The notes beneath the pieces were generated by a model. The model had not been told where the DNA came from. It saw only the letters and a list, made by a program, of their open reading frames with translations, and did no database searches. This document shows positions 37,701 to 50,700 of a DNA stretch of 64,000 bases, one piece after another; position 1 is the first letter of the stretch, and each line of letters begins with the position of its first letter. The stretch covers positions 22,850,912-22,914,911 of the forward strand of contig NC_092675.1 in NCBI RefSeq assembly GCF_964355755.1. The letters are read 5' to 3'. The stretch is from Antedon mediterranea (Eukaryota > Animalia > Echinodermata). The translations under genes and the position numbers were made by a program.

Positions 37701-40700
37701 GTTTTCAGCTATTAAAAACAATTATCGTAGGAGGAGATAGGAAAATGCGAAGTGTCCTCGTATTATTGTGTGCGGGTATTTTTCAAATTGACATCCATTA
37801 GACAGTGTATACCACGATCGGAAAACACCCCTATTTGGGGCAAATCGTTGAACCTAAATTTGTTCTAATCGTCAATAACTAATTATCGAACTCAATTTAA
37901 TTAGTAAACAGGGTTACATCAGGTGGTTAAAATTAGTACCGAAAGTACGAACCAACTTTATATACCATCGAGTAAACATTCTAGAAATAACGCACGATTT
38001 ACCGATTTTTGCCCTTACGTAAATTTATATATAGATGTATGGTTACTCTTTATCATATTCTAAAAAGAAACATTACTGTAATGGACCTACATGCAATTTG
38101 AATCACTCGCAAGTAAATAAAATAAAATAAAAAATAAAAGACGCCACGGATCATCCGAACTGTTGCTGGTGATTGGTCAACTCATGTGCGTTGCGCCTAC
38201 GTCTTTAGGGTTTCGTTGAAACATTATTATCAGGAGTGACAGTGCATTATTTAATATAGCATGACGCAGATGATTCCTTGTTAAAGCTTGGTTCCCACTA
38301 GAACGTAACACAAGGACGTAAACGCAACGCAAGCGAGTTAACCAATGACAAGCGACGTTATAGACAGTTAGCAATCACAAGCGAATAAGCCATCGCTTGT
38401 GATTGGTCAATTCACTTGCGTTGCGTTACGTCCTTGTGTTGCGTCGCTAGTGGGAACCACGCCTTGGGACTATTTGTACAGTTCGTATTCTGATAAGTTT
38501 TTCTTTGGAGCTTCTGAATGAACTGCTCCTTTCTTTATTCTAGAGTTTGCTATGCATACGTTATGTAAATGTATATTGTTGTACAATGAAACGCCTTGGT
38601 CGTCTGTGAAATAAATATTTGTACTAATTATTTGTAATAATTGTACTACTAACAGTCCCCATTATTGTCGGTTCAAGATCTTCCAGCAGAGCACTATACT
38701 TATAATACAATAAAAACTGTGTAATTAGCATAACTTAGTTTTTAAAGCGAGACCTGTTTAATTTTAATAAATTGTTACAAAATAATGAATTCCTATTAAT
38801 ATTACATTAATATTAAATTAATTCACGATGAACTGTTTTGTATTATAATTTATTATTAAATTGTATACATTTCTTTTTCCAGGGCATTCTATTACACTTA
38901 TAATCTAATTGCGTGTCACGATTTAGTAGAGGTAATTTTTTACTTAATTTATTTTATACTAATAACGGTACCTACTTATTAATTTTAGATTTGATATTGA
39001 TAAAACATATTGCATCATAGGATGAAAGGGCAGCTACAGAATTACTTGTATACACATAACGATCTCCATTACACAAGAAGTGTACAGTAATACAATAGGT
39101 TTACCACAAGCGTGTTATAAATTAGTAATTCGAAACATCTGCAAACTGACTGGGTGCGCTGTTTAAACATGAATTTAGGTTAGGTTCGTGAAGGTTTTCG
39201 AAAATCACGATGTATGCTCTAGCCAGTTCAGCTAGCCTAGAGGATATAGAATCATCCATCATTGTTGAATTATACATTGACATTTTACTGTGTAAAAAAC
39301 ACAATTAATCGTTTACGGTATATTGTGAAGAGAATTTAACTGTGTCAACATGTTGCAATTCTATTTTTATTTTTACTATAACATGTAGCGTTCAATAATT
39401 TATTACAATTCCAATATGTCATGTTTTCATTGTAAATGATGACTTTACATTGTTTGACTTATACCATAGTTAAAACGTTTCTTCAGTTTTTAAGTAATAC
39501 AAAAATGAATACAGTTATTCCCGCTATTATGATTACATTGTTGACACAATGTTGTTACACTATGTGTAGCTCTTGAAATATTACTTTTCAGTTGTTAACT
39601 ACAAGATATTCTGGAGAATGCTATGCAATTAGCATGACTCTACTCTTAAAACAATATGATAAAATAGTAGTAGTATTTTAATGTTTTATTTTCCAGGTCA
39701 ATGGTATGCCCAATACGTTGTATTTAAATTCTCCAGTGTTGGTGTGTTATGTCATTCTATTAATCCGGTTTACATGGGGTCTATGTAAAACTGTTATAGA
39801 AATATACTTGAAAAGGAGAACACAACAGGTAATAATCAATCAACAATATCAAATAAATATTCATTATAAAATAAGAATGTCAATTTGATATTGGTATTCA
39901 TCAATAACACAATCTTTACAATTATTATCATTAATAAGTTGGATAAAAATTAAGTTGCTTTGATTAAACTCACTTACTTTTATCATATTATTTTGTTTTC
40001 GAAAACCAAGTCTAATTAATTACGTTGTCTATATTTTGAAGTACTTTTCATTATGAAAACCATTTCAGATGCAAGTGAAGCATTGTTTTAGTTATTAGCT
40101 AATACATGTAATATGACATCTCCAATTACAACATTAATAACACCACCTCTTTACTCAACCCATACTCTTAATAATTTATTGAAACGCTTAAATTACATAT
40201 TTTAATATTGTATACGGTAACGTTCGGGATTATTAGCAACCACGACGATAGATAAATCTTGCACTGTAATCTTTTTTGTTTTTTTTTTACTTTGATTTTT
40301 CCTAATATATTTGTCTATGTGTTGTACTAGTAAAATGATTGTATTGTTTTCTTAATACTATTATATATGTTTGTTTTACCGAACAGCGTCAAATAAATAT
40401 TGTCTATAACATAGCCTATACTTTTTAAATAAAAGCCCTGTAGAACAAGATAGTTTGTAGTAGTGATGATATGATGGAACTAATTTTACAGTTACATACT
40501 AAAATAACTTTCACATTAATATCTCTCCATCTCTCTTTAAAAAACTCTTTATAATTGTTGTTTTCCAAACTAAAAACACGTTTTCTCAGAACTAAAAATA
40601 CTTTAACATAACGTTTTATTCCACAGCACAACCGCCACCAATATATAAACACTCTCCGAAAATCGCTTTCATCCAAAAAAGAAAATTGGCCTGCATGCAT

Positions 40701-43700
40701 TTTGAAATCTCAATTCCAAGATAAACAGGTTCACATATATTTTCTTCCAGTAGCCTAGACGAGTAAACATGTACTCGAAAATTTAAACGAATGCTCCCTC
40801 CGAATTTTATTTCAAATGGATGAATATTATAATCCACACCTTTATTTTATCACAGTGCCTAATGACTAATTTTTAAATTAAATTTATTGTAATTATATTA
40901 CAAAATACGGATCAAGAATCGAAATTGACATCGAAAGTATGCAAAAAAATGAACTTAAGTTTGTTTAACTTTGAACTTCTCAACTATTTTTATCAAACAA
41001 GATATAAAGCAAATTGTAAGTAACTGTTTCTTATTTTTCAGTTGTTTTTTCCCAAAAACACAGAAGTTGATTTTAATGAAACTCATTATTATGTATACGT
41101 CAATCAGTTGTTGACAAATAAGGATTCAGCGTAAGTAGGTTATTATTTAACTTGTTTGCTAGTCATAAACTAATATAGTTCGCTCTAAAAAGAAAATGAA
41201 ATTTTGAATTTTCTAGGAATTCACTCAACCGGCCGTAAAATGTAATGGTTTAAAAAACATTTCCACTTATAATTCAGCTCCTCTCGTGCATCCACTCTCA
41301 CTGTGTGTCAAACTCGATACCGCTCAGTCCCTCTGTTACTATAAGCACATGAATGAATGAATAGTTTAGTAGTGATATCCAGGAAATTTTTATTGTCACT
41401 ATTTTTTTCAGGAACTCGAATCTCAACAAAACATAGGTGGATGTTTTTTGTTGTTTTTGTTTTGTATTTAGGCCTATCCTTGTAAATATGTAAAAATTAT
41501 GATAAATTTATTCTAGTTTTAATAAAGTATTTTGAATTATTTCTCATTAAAAAAGTAACTATGAGGCTTGTTCATTTGTTTTTCTTATTATTGTTTAAAA
41601 AATGTTTTCTTTACCAAAACTTCGTATAACTAAAACATATCATAAGTGCACATATTGAGTAGGCCTACAAAACTAAATTTAAATAAAAAATAAAAATACG
41701 CGGTTTTAAAAGATGAACAACTGTATAAGAAATATATAATTCCGTAAGTGCTAACAATGTTTTTCATTTCAGGGATGATGCTCCGATTTCCAAACTTCAG
41801 CAATTTGCACAAATATTTTACAAATCTGTTCCAGGTAAAGCATTAATATAAAAAAAGGTTATGGTTGTAATCAGGATTATTGTAATGTACATAATTGTTT
41901 AAAATCGTACTTATAAATTGAATATTTTTTTTTGTAACTACGATGTCACCTTGGTAATAATGGAAAGCGCTTAGTTAGGAGCTTTGACCATAAACGCTAT
42001 GACATCAGCCACTAACTATTACACCCGCACCAACACAGAAATTTGTTTTAAAATTGAAAATCAAAGTGACGCCATACTTTTTAAATTACAAAATAAAAGT
42101 AAAATACAAAATAATTTACCTACAAATATACCACACGTATTAAAATGTTTCTTAAATTATGTTGTAGGTTTCAAGTATTCGAGAAGATTTGTAAGCACTA
42201 TTGCACTATCATCTTTAGCCATTTATCAGGTACAATACTTAATTTATTGTATTTATAATGTTGGAATTACATCAAGCATTGTCCATGTTTGGATTGATAT
42301 CGGCGTCTGCAAGCAAGAATGTAGACGTTTGGAGCGACTCGACATGGAGCCTGGAAACACAGACGCTGATAAAAACAACATACCAGTGGTATCATACAGT
42401 TTGTTCTGTGATGAATTGTTTTTGGACTCGGAGATTTCTTCATTTTAGCAGTTTCTAAAGCATTATTGATTTCAATATATTGTTGGCAAATTTAGGTCTC
42501 TCTTCTAATGTATATAATCAAGGAATAGTGAATTTCACTCTTTTCTGATATAATCTAAAAGGTAATTTTGAGTTAGCAAATAGGAGTGGGAGCCTGTAAA
42601 CATGGCATATTTTATTACTACGGTACTGTTGCAGTCATTTCATTACACAGGTGTTTTTAAAAGAATGCATCATTTCTACAGAAATTGTAAAGACCGTTTC
42701 GGTATTTTTAGGTATGGATTAGCTACGTGTCAATTGTTTCAGATAGTCTTCAAGAATTTACAGATGCGGTATCCGACAACAGTACGTCATACAGTGAAAT
42801 TGCCGAACTCCTAAATCTGACTATACTTATTTCTCTAGAAGAAGGTTTTAAGATTTCGAAAGGTAAACTAAACACTTTTGGTTAAGTTGAGGGTGTTACA
42901 CCGACACCAATTTCAAGAATGAAAGAGAAAACAATACAAAGGAATTTTGTGAAATAATTGATTGTTTGTTTGGTAAGATATGAGATATGGTATGGAGCCC
43001 TTTCCAGGTATAGTCGTAGTACATCCAAAATGGTAATATCTCTAATATAACGAAGTACGATGGGTGTAAATTACTTTAGAATCATTCTCACTGGTTTGGC
43101 TTTTGTGAACTTCATACACAAAACAATGGGTCGAAGATACACCCTTCTGATTCCCAATTGTCTGGATTAATAAAAGGTATGTTTGTGTTAAATGTAGATG
43201 TTGAAACTTTTTGTAACGTTAAGATAATTCCATTTATTTTCATTTCAGATTCATTTCTTTTTACTTCATATATCGCCATTGGTATTACAGTGTTTTTTAT
43301 TGTTCGTGCTGTTCTATCATACAGGTGTGTATCATTTTCAAATTTTGTTTCATTGTCTAATAAATTAAACTAATATAATGTTGTTCTTTGTGTAATTATA
43401 TAGAATAGTGATATTAAAAAAGAAGCACCAAACATGAAAAGCTAACATAAAGGTATAGGCCTTTGTAAAGGTTGTACTTATTTTGTTTTCAGGCGGGATA
43501 CGTTAATGATGTACAAAGGAGATTTTTCGTTCTGTCCCAATGAACCGTTTCCGAATTGGATGGTTATAGTAAGTAGCTGGGAAATTTCTTTAAATATTAG
43601 GTATCAACTATTGTTATAATATTTTATAATAATAGATATTACAGAAGAACACAACTTCAGTGGGATATTTTATTTGCTTTCAACCCGATAGGTTTCTGTC

Positions 43701-46442
43701 TTATACATGCTTCCATTATTGAATAGGATGCAAGTCTATGTTTAATTGTATTTTTTGGCACCGACTGAGAGAAAGTATTATAGTAGTATAGTTTCCAGTT
43801 ATTTATCACGATTAATTTTCTTTTTTCCAAGGTATCTGGCTTCCGATATACCGGTTACCACATAGCATATACTATATGGGGTAAATACAATTGTAACATA
43901 TTTATATCGAAAATAATGTATAGTTTAGTATGTACAATAGGCCTACTTTAAATATTAACATATTTTTATAATATTTATACTACAATCGGTACTTTCATCA
44001 TCATCAAACATATTACCTGATTATCAGTGCTGTGTCTCCACATAATGCAATATTTATAGTAAGGACTGTTTGGTAAAACAGCATCTTATTTGTATCACAT
44101 GTGGTGCCTGTAAAGCTAGGTTGAGGTATAGGTTATGGTATATGATACTAAGATACGGTATGCATATGAAACACATGTGATGATGTATTATCAAATATTT
44201 CTATAATACTGGAGACTAAATACAGTTACCGAGAATTGGGTGACCATATTAGAAGTGGTTATAGTTCACTATATCAAAATAAAAATAAATTGTGTAGTTG
44301 TACATAGTTCCAGAGACATAGTTTCGAATCCTGGTTCAACCTAAATTTGTTCCGTTTGTGGATTTTCTATTGTATATGTATAATCATTAAATAAAAAAAA
44401 AATGTACTTTCTATTTCATTGGAAGCTATGATAACGTAATATGCATATGTTTTAGATTTTAAAAAAATCATATAAATACATAATTATTATACTTGTATAT
44501 TTGCAGGTTGTTTTCTTCTTCAAAGTACTTTGTGGTTGGTTAGTCTCTTTTGTATATTCTTCATCATTCATCCGTTTCAAGATGGAAGGTATACCGTCGT
44601 TACGCAGTTTATCAAGGAATATGGGTAAGTTTGCTTTTTTTCTCAAATCTATTTGTGTTAAGATTGAAAGAGATTTGTATTAGGGAGTTTCCACAAGAGC
44701 ATGCAAACGTTAACCTAATGCTATTTCCAAACATGCAACGTGCAAGCTCCGCACACTTGGTAAACAATCCCCTAGTTACGTCGTCAGGAACATTTTCTAA
44801 CATGGAAGAATTTTTGCAGAAAAGAAAATGATAACTTAGACCTATGTTTTTAATTCCAACAATACGAATTGTGAATTGTTTCATTTTACATGGTTTGTCT
44901 TTAATACGAGCGGCGTAAGCTGCATGCGCGATACATGCGTTGCGTTATAAGTTTCGTCCTTAGTGCAGTGTATTGGCTAAATTACACTGTTATACAAACT
45001 ATCCTGTTGATGTCATCTGTTAACGCTAATATTCTCGTACAAAAATGTATTATTTATGATTATTGTTTAGGTTGAGTTTGGTAGGAACGTATGCTTTCTA
45101 CTACTTGCAAGCATTAGGAGCTTTCCTGTTTTTCCTTCAAAATTATGGTGATGGTGTACTTGGATTAGACAACAGGTATTTACTATTTATGGTCACATTA
45201 TTTACAACTAAAACAAGTAGCCCTAACATTACTAAAGAAGGACGAATATATTGTATTATCAAAGAAACTCCAGTAGGCCTTTCACAATGTCTGTATTATT
45301 TTTTCGTTTGTAGAAGATACTTTCACAACGCTACATACGTGCTTATATTTTACAATGTCGTAATCGGGTTAGCCTCCTGTCTAATGCGCATTGTGAAGGC
45401 AGTGCTTTTTGGTTTATACTACCTTGGACGGCTGGATCGGTGTTTATTAATGCGAGGCTGGGAACTCTGGGATACAGGTAATATATAGCTGTGCCATAGA
45501 ACATATATTTTATCTAACACTACATGAATATACCATAGAGTCAATCTCGTCAATGGCTTTCAAATCAAGTTTCAGCTGAAACAGTACAATCGATTATACT
45601 TTTAATTTAAAAACAAATAATGATAATAATAGATGTCATTGATTATTTGATCATAGATATTCGACAACACGAAACTTTTAAGGACAGAAATTTCAAAAAA
45701 ATTCTTACAACTCACTGAACACCCTGGTTTAGTACACTGAATTTTAAGTTCTATATTTTAGGTTATCGTTCTTATCTTGGTTTCTTGCGTTTGGAAATTG
45801 TCCACACACATCCAGTTCTTGTATGCTTTTGTCAATTCATTCATACAAGTGCGTCTCAGAAAAGGTCAACCAATTCAATCTCCCAGACTCCAGGTAACGT
45901 ATATAATGTTTCCTTGGGTTTCTATAGTAAATCTTACTTTAAAAAATATAGATCCATCCCAACTTTAAAGTTCCTTACCAATTTTAATATTTAAAATTCT
46001 GCAGCTGTTTTTCTGTTTTGAAAGCTCTTTTTATTTCCTGGACGTTCAGTTTCTTCTGGACTCAATAGAGTCATATCATCGCTATTTGATGACGACATAC
46101 AAGCAACGATCTGTAACTAAATTTTGTTGTATTATAAATCAATTAGGTATAACAGGTCCGTATTACATGGTGTTTATTATATGTCTAGGTAAAATTGTTG
46201 CAAAGGTTAGTTTTCTTATTAACAGAGCTTTTTCCTGTTTTACAGATGTCAAGCTTAGGTACTTTTCAAGTAAAAGGCCTACTAACAGTGAGACTGTAAC
46301 CCCAGAGAAAGGTGAAAGTCGTCGAAAGGTAGCGCGTAACCGGTGGTTTGTTGCCATTACACTGTATCGCAACCGAAAGCTTGTGGCATATAGATCTCCA
46401 AAAATAAGTGATTTGAAGAAAGAAGAACCAAGCATAGTGTAA
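34728..46442 (+). CDS. STRA6L: STRA6-like multipass membrane protein, paralog B, ~658 aa
   Basis: Exons 34728-34755 (tentative start), 35412-35536, 35765-35850, 36174-36316, 36623-36755, 38883-38931, 39697-39828, 41042-41130, 41773-41834, 42168-42229, 42712-42862, 43249-43324, 43493-43568, 43832-43880, 44507-44624, 45071-45175, 45314-45477, 45762-45893, 46246-46442. Phase-consistent, 1977 nt. Many exon lengths are identical to paralog A (86, 143, 133, 49, 62, 76, 49, 118, 164). Motifs PVNLVDAY.DR, FKYSRRF, GLDNRR, GRLDRC, HTHPVL, KVARNRWFVAITL. Confidence 0.9.
34964..35363. repeat. ~200-bp tandem duplication in intron 1 of STRA6-like B
   Basis: TAATTTAGATTTAACGTAGGTAGGCT...AATATAAGGCCACCCTGACAG occurs twice (34964-35165 and 35167-35363). 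Confidence 0.88.
36784..38035 (-). mobile_element. Non-autonomous Helitron, family A copy 2, in an intron of STRA6-like B
   Basis: Same termini as 703-2024 (5' TC at 38035, 3' hairpin plus CTAG at 36784, A|T site) and colinear throughout with small indels. Inserted 28 nt after the 36755 exon end. Confidence 0.88.
38285..38463. mobile_element. MITE family 2, full-length copy
   Basis: Near-identical to 26603-26781. A further fragment lies at ~50585-50637. Confidence 0.85.
40430..40835 (-). mobile_element. Possible highly decayed LINE C-terminal fragment
   Basis: Broken minus-strand frames give RVFIYWWRL...W...VKVIL, reminiscent of the post-RT region of RTE-X/Tx1-like LINEs. Weak. Confidence 0.3.
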
Positions 46443-46544
46443 CAGCTTAATTAGCAGTATTATCAGGTGTGCCGATGAGAACCCATTGGTTGTTTTGTAA
46501 AATTGTGGACGGTTCGCGCTTTTTCTGCAAGAAAGCTGTATAGA

Positions 46545-46783
46545 TTGATATGTTTTTGATTTTCAATTCTTCAACAATTAATCAAATTGCACTCAGAAAA
46601 ACAGACTTTCAGAAAAACAAATTATTCAGAAAACCAGATATTTTTCGGTTCGGTTGTGTTCATACTTCGTATCAACTCTTCCAAAAACCGAACCAACAAT
46701 TTTCGAGTTTTGTTTTTCTGAAAGTCTGTTTTTCTAAATGCAATTTAATTCATTGTTGAACTATTATTAAAAAAAACACATCA
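46545..46783. repeat. Long inverted repeat (foldback/MITE-like) just downstream of the STRA6-like B stop codon
   Basis: TTCAACAATTAATCAAATTGCACTCAGAAAAACAGACTTTCAGAAAAACAAA pairs with TTTGTTTTTCTGAAAGTCTGTTTTTCTAAATGCAATTTAATTCATTGTTGAA. Confidence 0.85.
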
Positions 46784-47779
46784 ACAGTAAAAACAGTAAA
46801 TATTTATAGCGACTAACACCTATTTCATTATCTGACAACAATCAATAATATAAACCTATTAATATATTGATCTAAACAGTAAACTTTAATTTATTTCCTG
46901 CTTTTTTATGAAAGTTTTTGTTATCTGTGCTCAGATAACAACGTGTTATATAACTATATTAATTTTTTATTTCAACACATAATTATTTTGTGAACAGAAC
47001 TGAACGTTCACAGTGAATTTTAAAACAAGCAAATTAGACATAATTACAACATATTAAAGTAAACTGAGAAAGATTAGAAACTAAGAAATGTTGTTCCCAA
47101 CTTCCGCCTACCACACTGAAAGTGTTAAAGAGTGGCTATCCAATCTATTTTGAACAATATCATAAGTGGTCTAATATGAGGTAGGATGTTCCGAGTTTGA
47201 TTCTCGATTGGTTGGAAAAAAGCTCAAAGTACCTCACCTTTTTTTATATATTCTCCAATTTACTTTAATTGAAAATAGTGGACGTTATCGTACAAAGAAA
47301 CTTCACATTCATACACTTTGACAAATGTTTATAAAAATGTTGTTCAAAAGAAAAATACAAATACAACAGTACATTGACAGTGATTCCTTTGTCAGGTACC
47401 GTGGAGGTTCAGTCAACTTACTAAAAAAAAGCAGAGTTTGCATTGAAGCGGGACAAGCGGAAAATTTGAAGTGGACACAAAGAGTAAGGAAGTATTAGTT
47501 ATTATTATTATTATTAATTGTTTATTAAGTTTTAGGTAAACAAATAAACGACAAGATGTTGTTTAATAGGAAGTAATCTTAAAATATTATATGTAATAAT
47601 CATTTTAAAATTAAGTTATCTAATCTTTAGCGATATTACCACTTTTAAGGCTTCTATATAAGTTGTAGAAAAAAATAAACGTCACACATTCGGTTATACA
47701 TTATTGTCGTTTTGACGACGAATATTTTCGTGAAAAGCAAATTTGTATATTAAATATTTTATATAGCCCTATTACTATC

Positions 47780-50700
47780 ATGGTGTTCGTGGTGTTTGTT
47801 TTTCTTTTATTTGTGAACAATGTTGTTTCTGTTCCAATACAAGGACGGTAAGTTATTATTGTGTTAATTTATGACTAAAAGCTTTTTTTTAAACCAGCCA
47901 TTGGCATTCACAGGTTTCTAAAACGTATGGCAATACAATCGTCATCATTTTTTATTAGTACGATTGCCATGTATTTAAGAACAATTGGTTTTGGCTAACG
48001 AAAATATAAATTTTCCCAATTTAATGCTAAAGGATATAAACCAATTATGATAATATTAAAACAAAGTCAGAATCTTCTTATAATGATAAATTGAACAATT
48101 CACTAAAAATGTTTCCTCTATCATAGTTAATTTGACACATTTCCCAGCCTTATTTTGTTAAATTCATATTCTGTGATGTTCTTAATTTGTTTACCTTATT
48201 AATTTAATTGGTCAATTAATACGCTACCTTAAGACTCTTGGTACCTATAAAATATTTCATACTGTGTAAATATATTTCATTACTTGAAAATGAACAAATA
48301 AAGCTCGAAATATTGTTTTATATTCTCACATATCAAACTTATTAATGAATCTTCTGATAAATATATGTAGGTACATAATGTAACAATACGAGCATCGTAT
48401 GGTCATTGCATTATATTTTATATTATACAATCCGACATTGATTTACTAAATACTGTAATATGATTTAATTATTTATTGTATGACTGTTTTAGAGGAGTTT
48501 TTTTTTGGGAGGAATTAGTTTACAAAAAATGTTGTCTTATACAGTACTGTTAATGTCACAGTAATAAATTTACACAGGCCTATACAAAATATATATTATC
48601 TATGCATGAACTTATAATAATTAGAGTAAAACAATGTATACGTATTTCTAAAAATGTTGATATATAAACTACAGTCCGATTTACAGTATTTACACAATGT
48701 TCGATATCATGTTACCGATGTGTAAGACCGGAATAAGCTCAGCGTTCACACGTTTATTCATTCATTCATTTATTCAATCTTTCCGAATCTCAGGTTCATG
48801 AAAGTAAAAATTACATATACATGAAATAAAATAAACAAGACTAATTACTACTAGTCACTCAGGATGCCATTCCACCTGGAGAGCATCTTCGACTTAACTA
48901 AGACGTTGCTTATAATCATTGAGACTAATACAATAATACAATTTAATAATTTAATACAAACAGAACTTCTTATAATAGAAGCTGTGTATTTTTCAATCTT
49001 TCTATACTTATACAATAGGTCAATTTACTACTATTCTTCCACTGATACATTTAGATGATTTGGGTAATTAGAATTATACTATTAATAATAAACTTTATAA
49101 ACGTTTTAGTGAAAATGTTTGCAGTAGGCAAGTATCTGTTTTACATTCACGTCAAGTATCCTACTCCGTCTCTTATCAAACCAAAGGTTACACGAAGTGC
49201 GGAGGATTTGGTTGGAACCGCTGTGCAACATATAGGTAAATTTTAATTCAAGGCATTTATTTTATTTAGAGACTTTAATTGAAAATTTAAATTTGAGGTC
49301 TATACTATAGGCAAAGAAAGTGAGGCTATCTTCTCTGGTTCCAACCATGTTGTTGTTTTGTGTGTAAAATGGATATGTTATTCTTGAACTCTTCTATTTC
49401 AAAATACCTTAGTCAACATTGAAATTGTTGTTTTATCATTACTGCTGGTACTAAATGCAATGTTTTCTTTAGTCGGCGATACAGCCGGGCATACCGTGTC
49501 CAGTATTACAGCGTGTACTCAATTAACTACTTTTGCTGTAGCGGTTGGGGTGAGGATGACTTAGGAGGATGTACACACCGTAAGTTTATGTATAAATTAT
49601 GTATTTAAATAAAAGTTGAAAACTACCACAAAATGTTCAAGTGACTGATCATTTGAGTTGCTGGCTAAGTTGTGAGGTGTTTTCTAATTCGTTATAATAT
49701 ATTATCATTATAAAGTTTTTTTCAAAAGTTCTCGCTTTTGTATGTCCTTTTTAACAATATATTATTATAGTTTATGATGAATACATTTTAATTGTATTGT
49801 ATTGTATTAATCAACCAACGAAAATCATGTACGAAAAATTCAACCCAGAGACCAACCAACATTATCGAGGTATATATGGAGATCTTTGATTAGTAAAAAT
49901 TGACGTAGTCGAGACACTGTAAACTTAATTTATTGTTATCGTAAAACAAAAAGCTTTGCCGAAATCACGCTAGATGTCAATTTCGTCTTTTAATTCGTCG
50001 GAGACTGACCGCGTCGTCAGCACGAAAGGTGCCTAATTTACATCACCAAGATTGTTGAAAATCTATTGTAAAGTGAATCTTTGTTTAAAAAAACATACAA
50101 ATTAACGGTATTTTTTTGTTTATGGATGGGTAGCATTGTGTCCACCTAATGATTGCGGCGTTGGTGGAACATGCATTGATCCTGACACGTGTGAATGCGA
50201 AAACGGATTTGAAGGCTCACAATGTCGTGGTAAGTTAATTATTCAATCGAAACCAATTCCATTTGTGTCGATTTGTTACTACATAATTATATATAAATCC
50301 AAGGGCAAATTACTGAAAAAATGACAATGATGTGGGTATCAGTTTCTGGATCTCAATGGAGATACAAAACAAAAGCGAAAAGCTAAATCAAAACGAGAAG
50401 TAAAAAAGCCAGAAAAGTTAGCAGAGCTTTCAGGCAACACTAGCCCTTCATCAGTGCAAGGGAGATCTTTGATTACTAAAAATCGACGTAGTCGAGACAC
50501 TGTAAACTTCTAAATTTATTGTTATTGGAAACACACATAATACATAATTATATATATATATATATAGATATGTATATTCGAACTGGCGTTGCGCTAAACC
50601 TAACCCGTCTTTGCGTTGCTATTGGGAACCAAGCGTAAGATATTTTCCTAGTGTAGGCTGACACAATTGTTATACAATTTTGTGATATTCTATATATTTT

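Noticed and set aside
41984-42458. 154-aa ORF and a minus-strand LLADADINPN resembling a LINE 2A-like motif
   Set aside because: The ORF is read-through around the 62-nt exon 42168-42229, and the 2A-like match lacks the essential NPGP.
43080-43176. AG-GT-bounded phase 0-1 candidate exon of STRA6-like B (NHSHWFGFC...)
   Set aside because: 42712-42862 fits the same phases and aligns with the paralog A exon; this one shows no similarity. A mutually exclusive exon cannot be fully excluded.
44452-44884. Four overlapping ORFs around the 44507-44624 exon
   Set aside because: None is in the exon's true frame; chance ORFs with no recognisable product.
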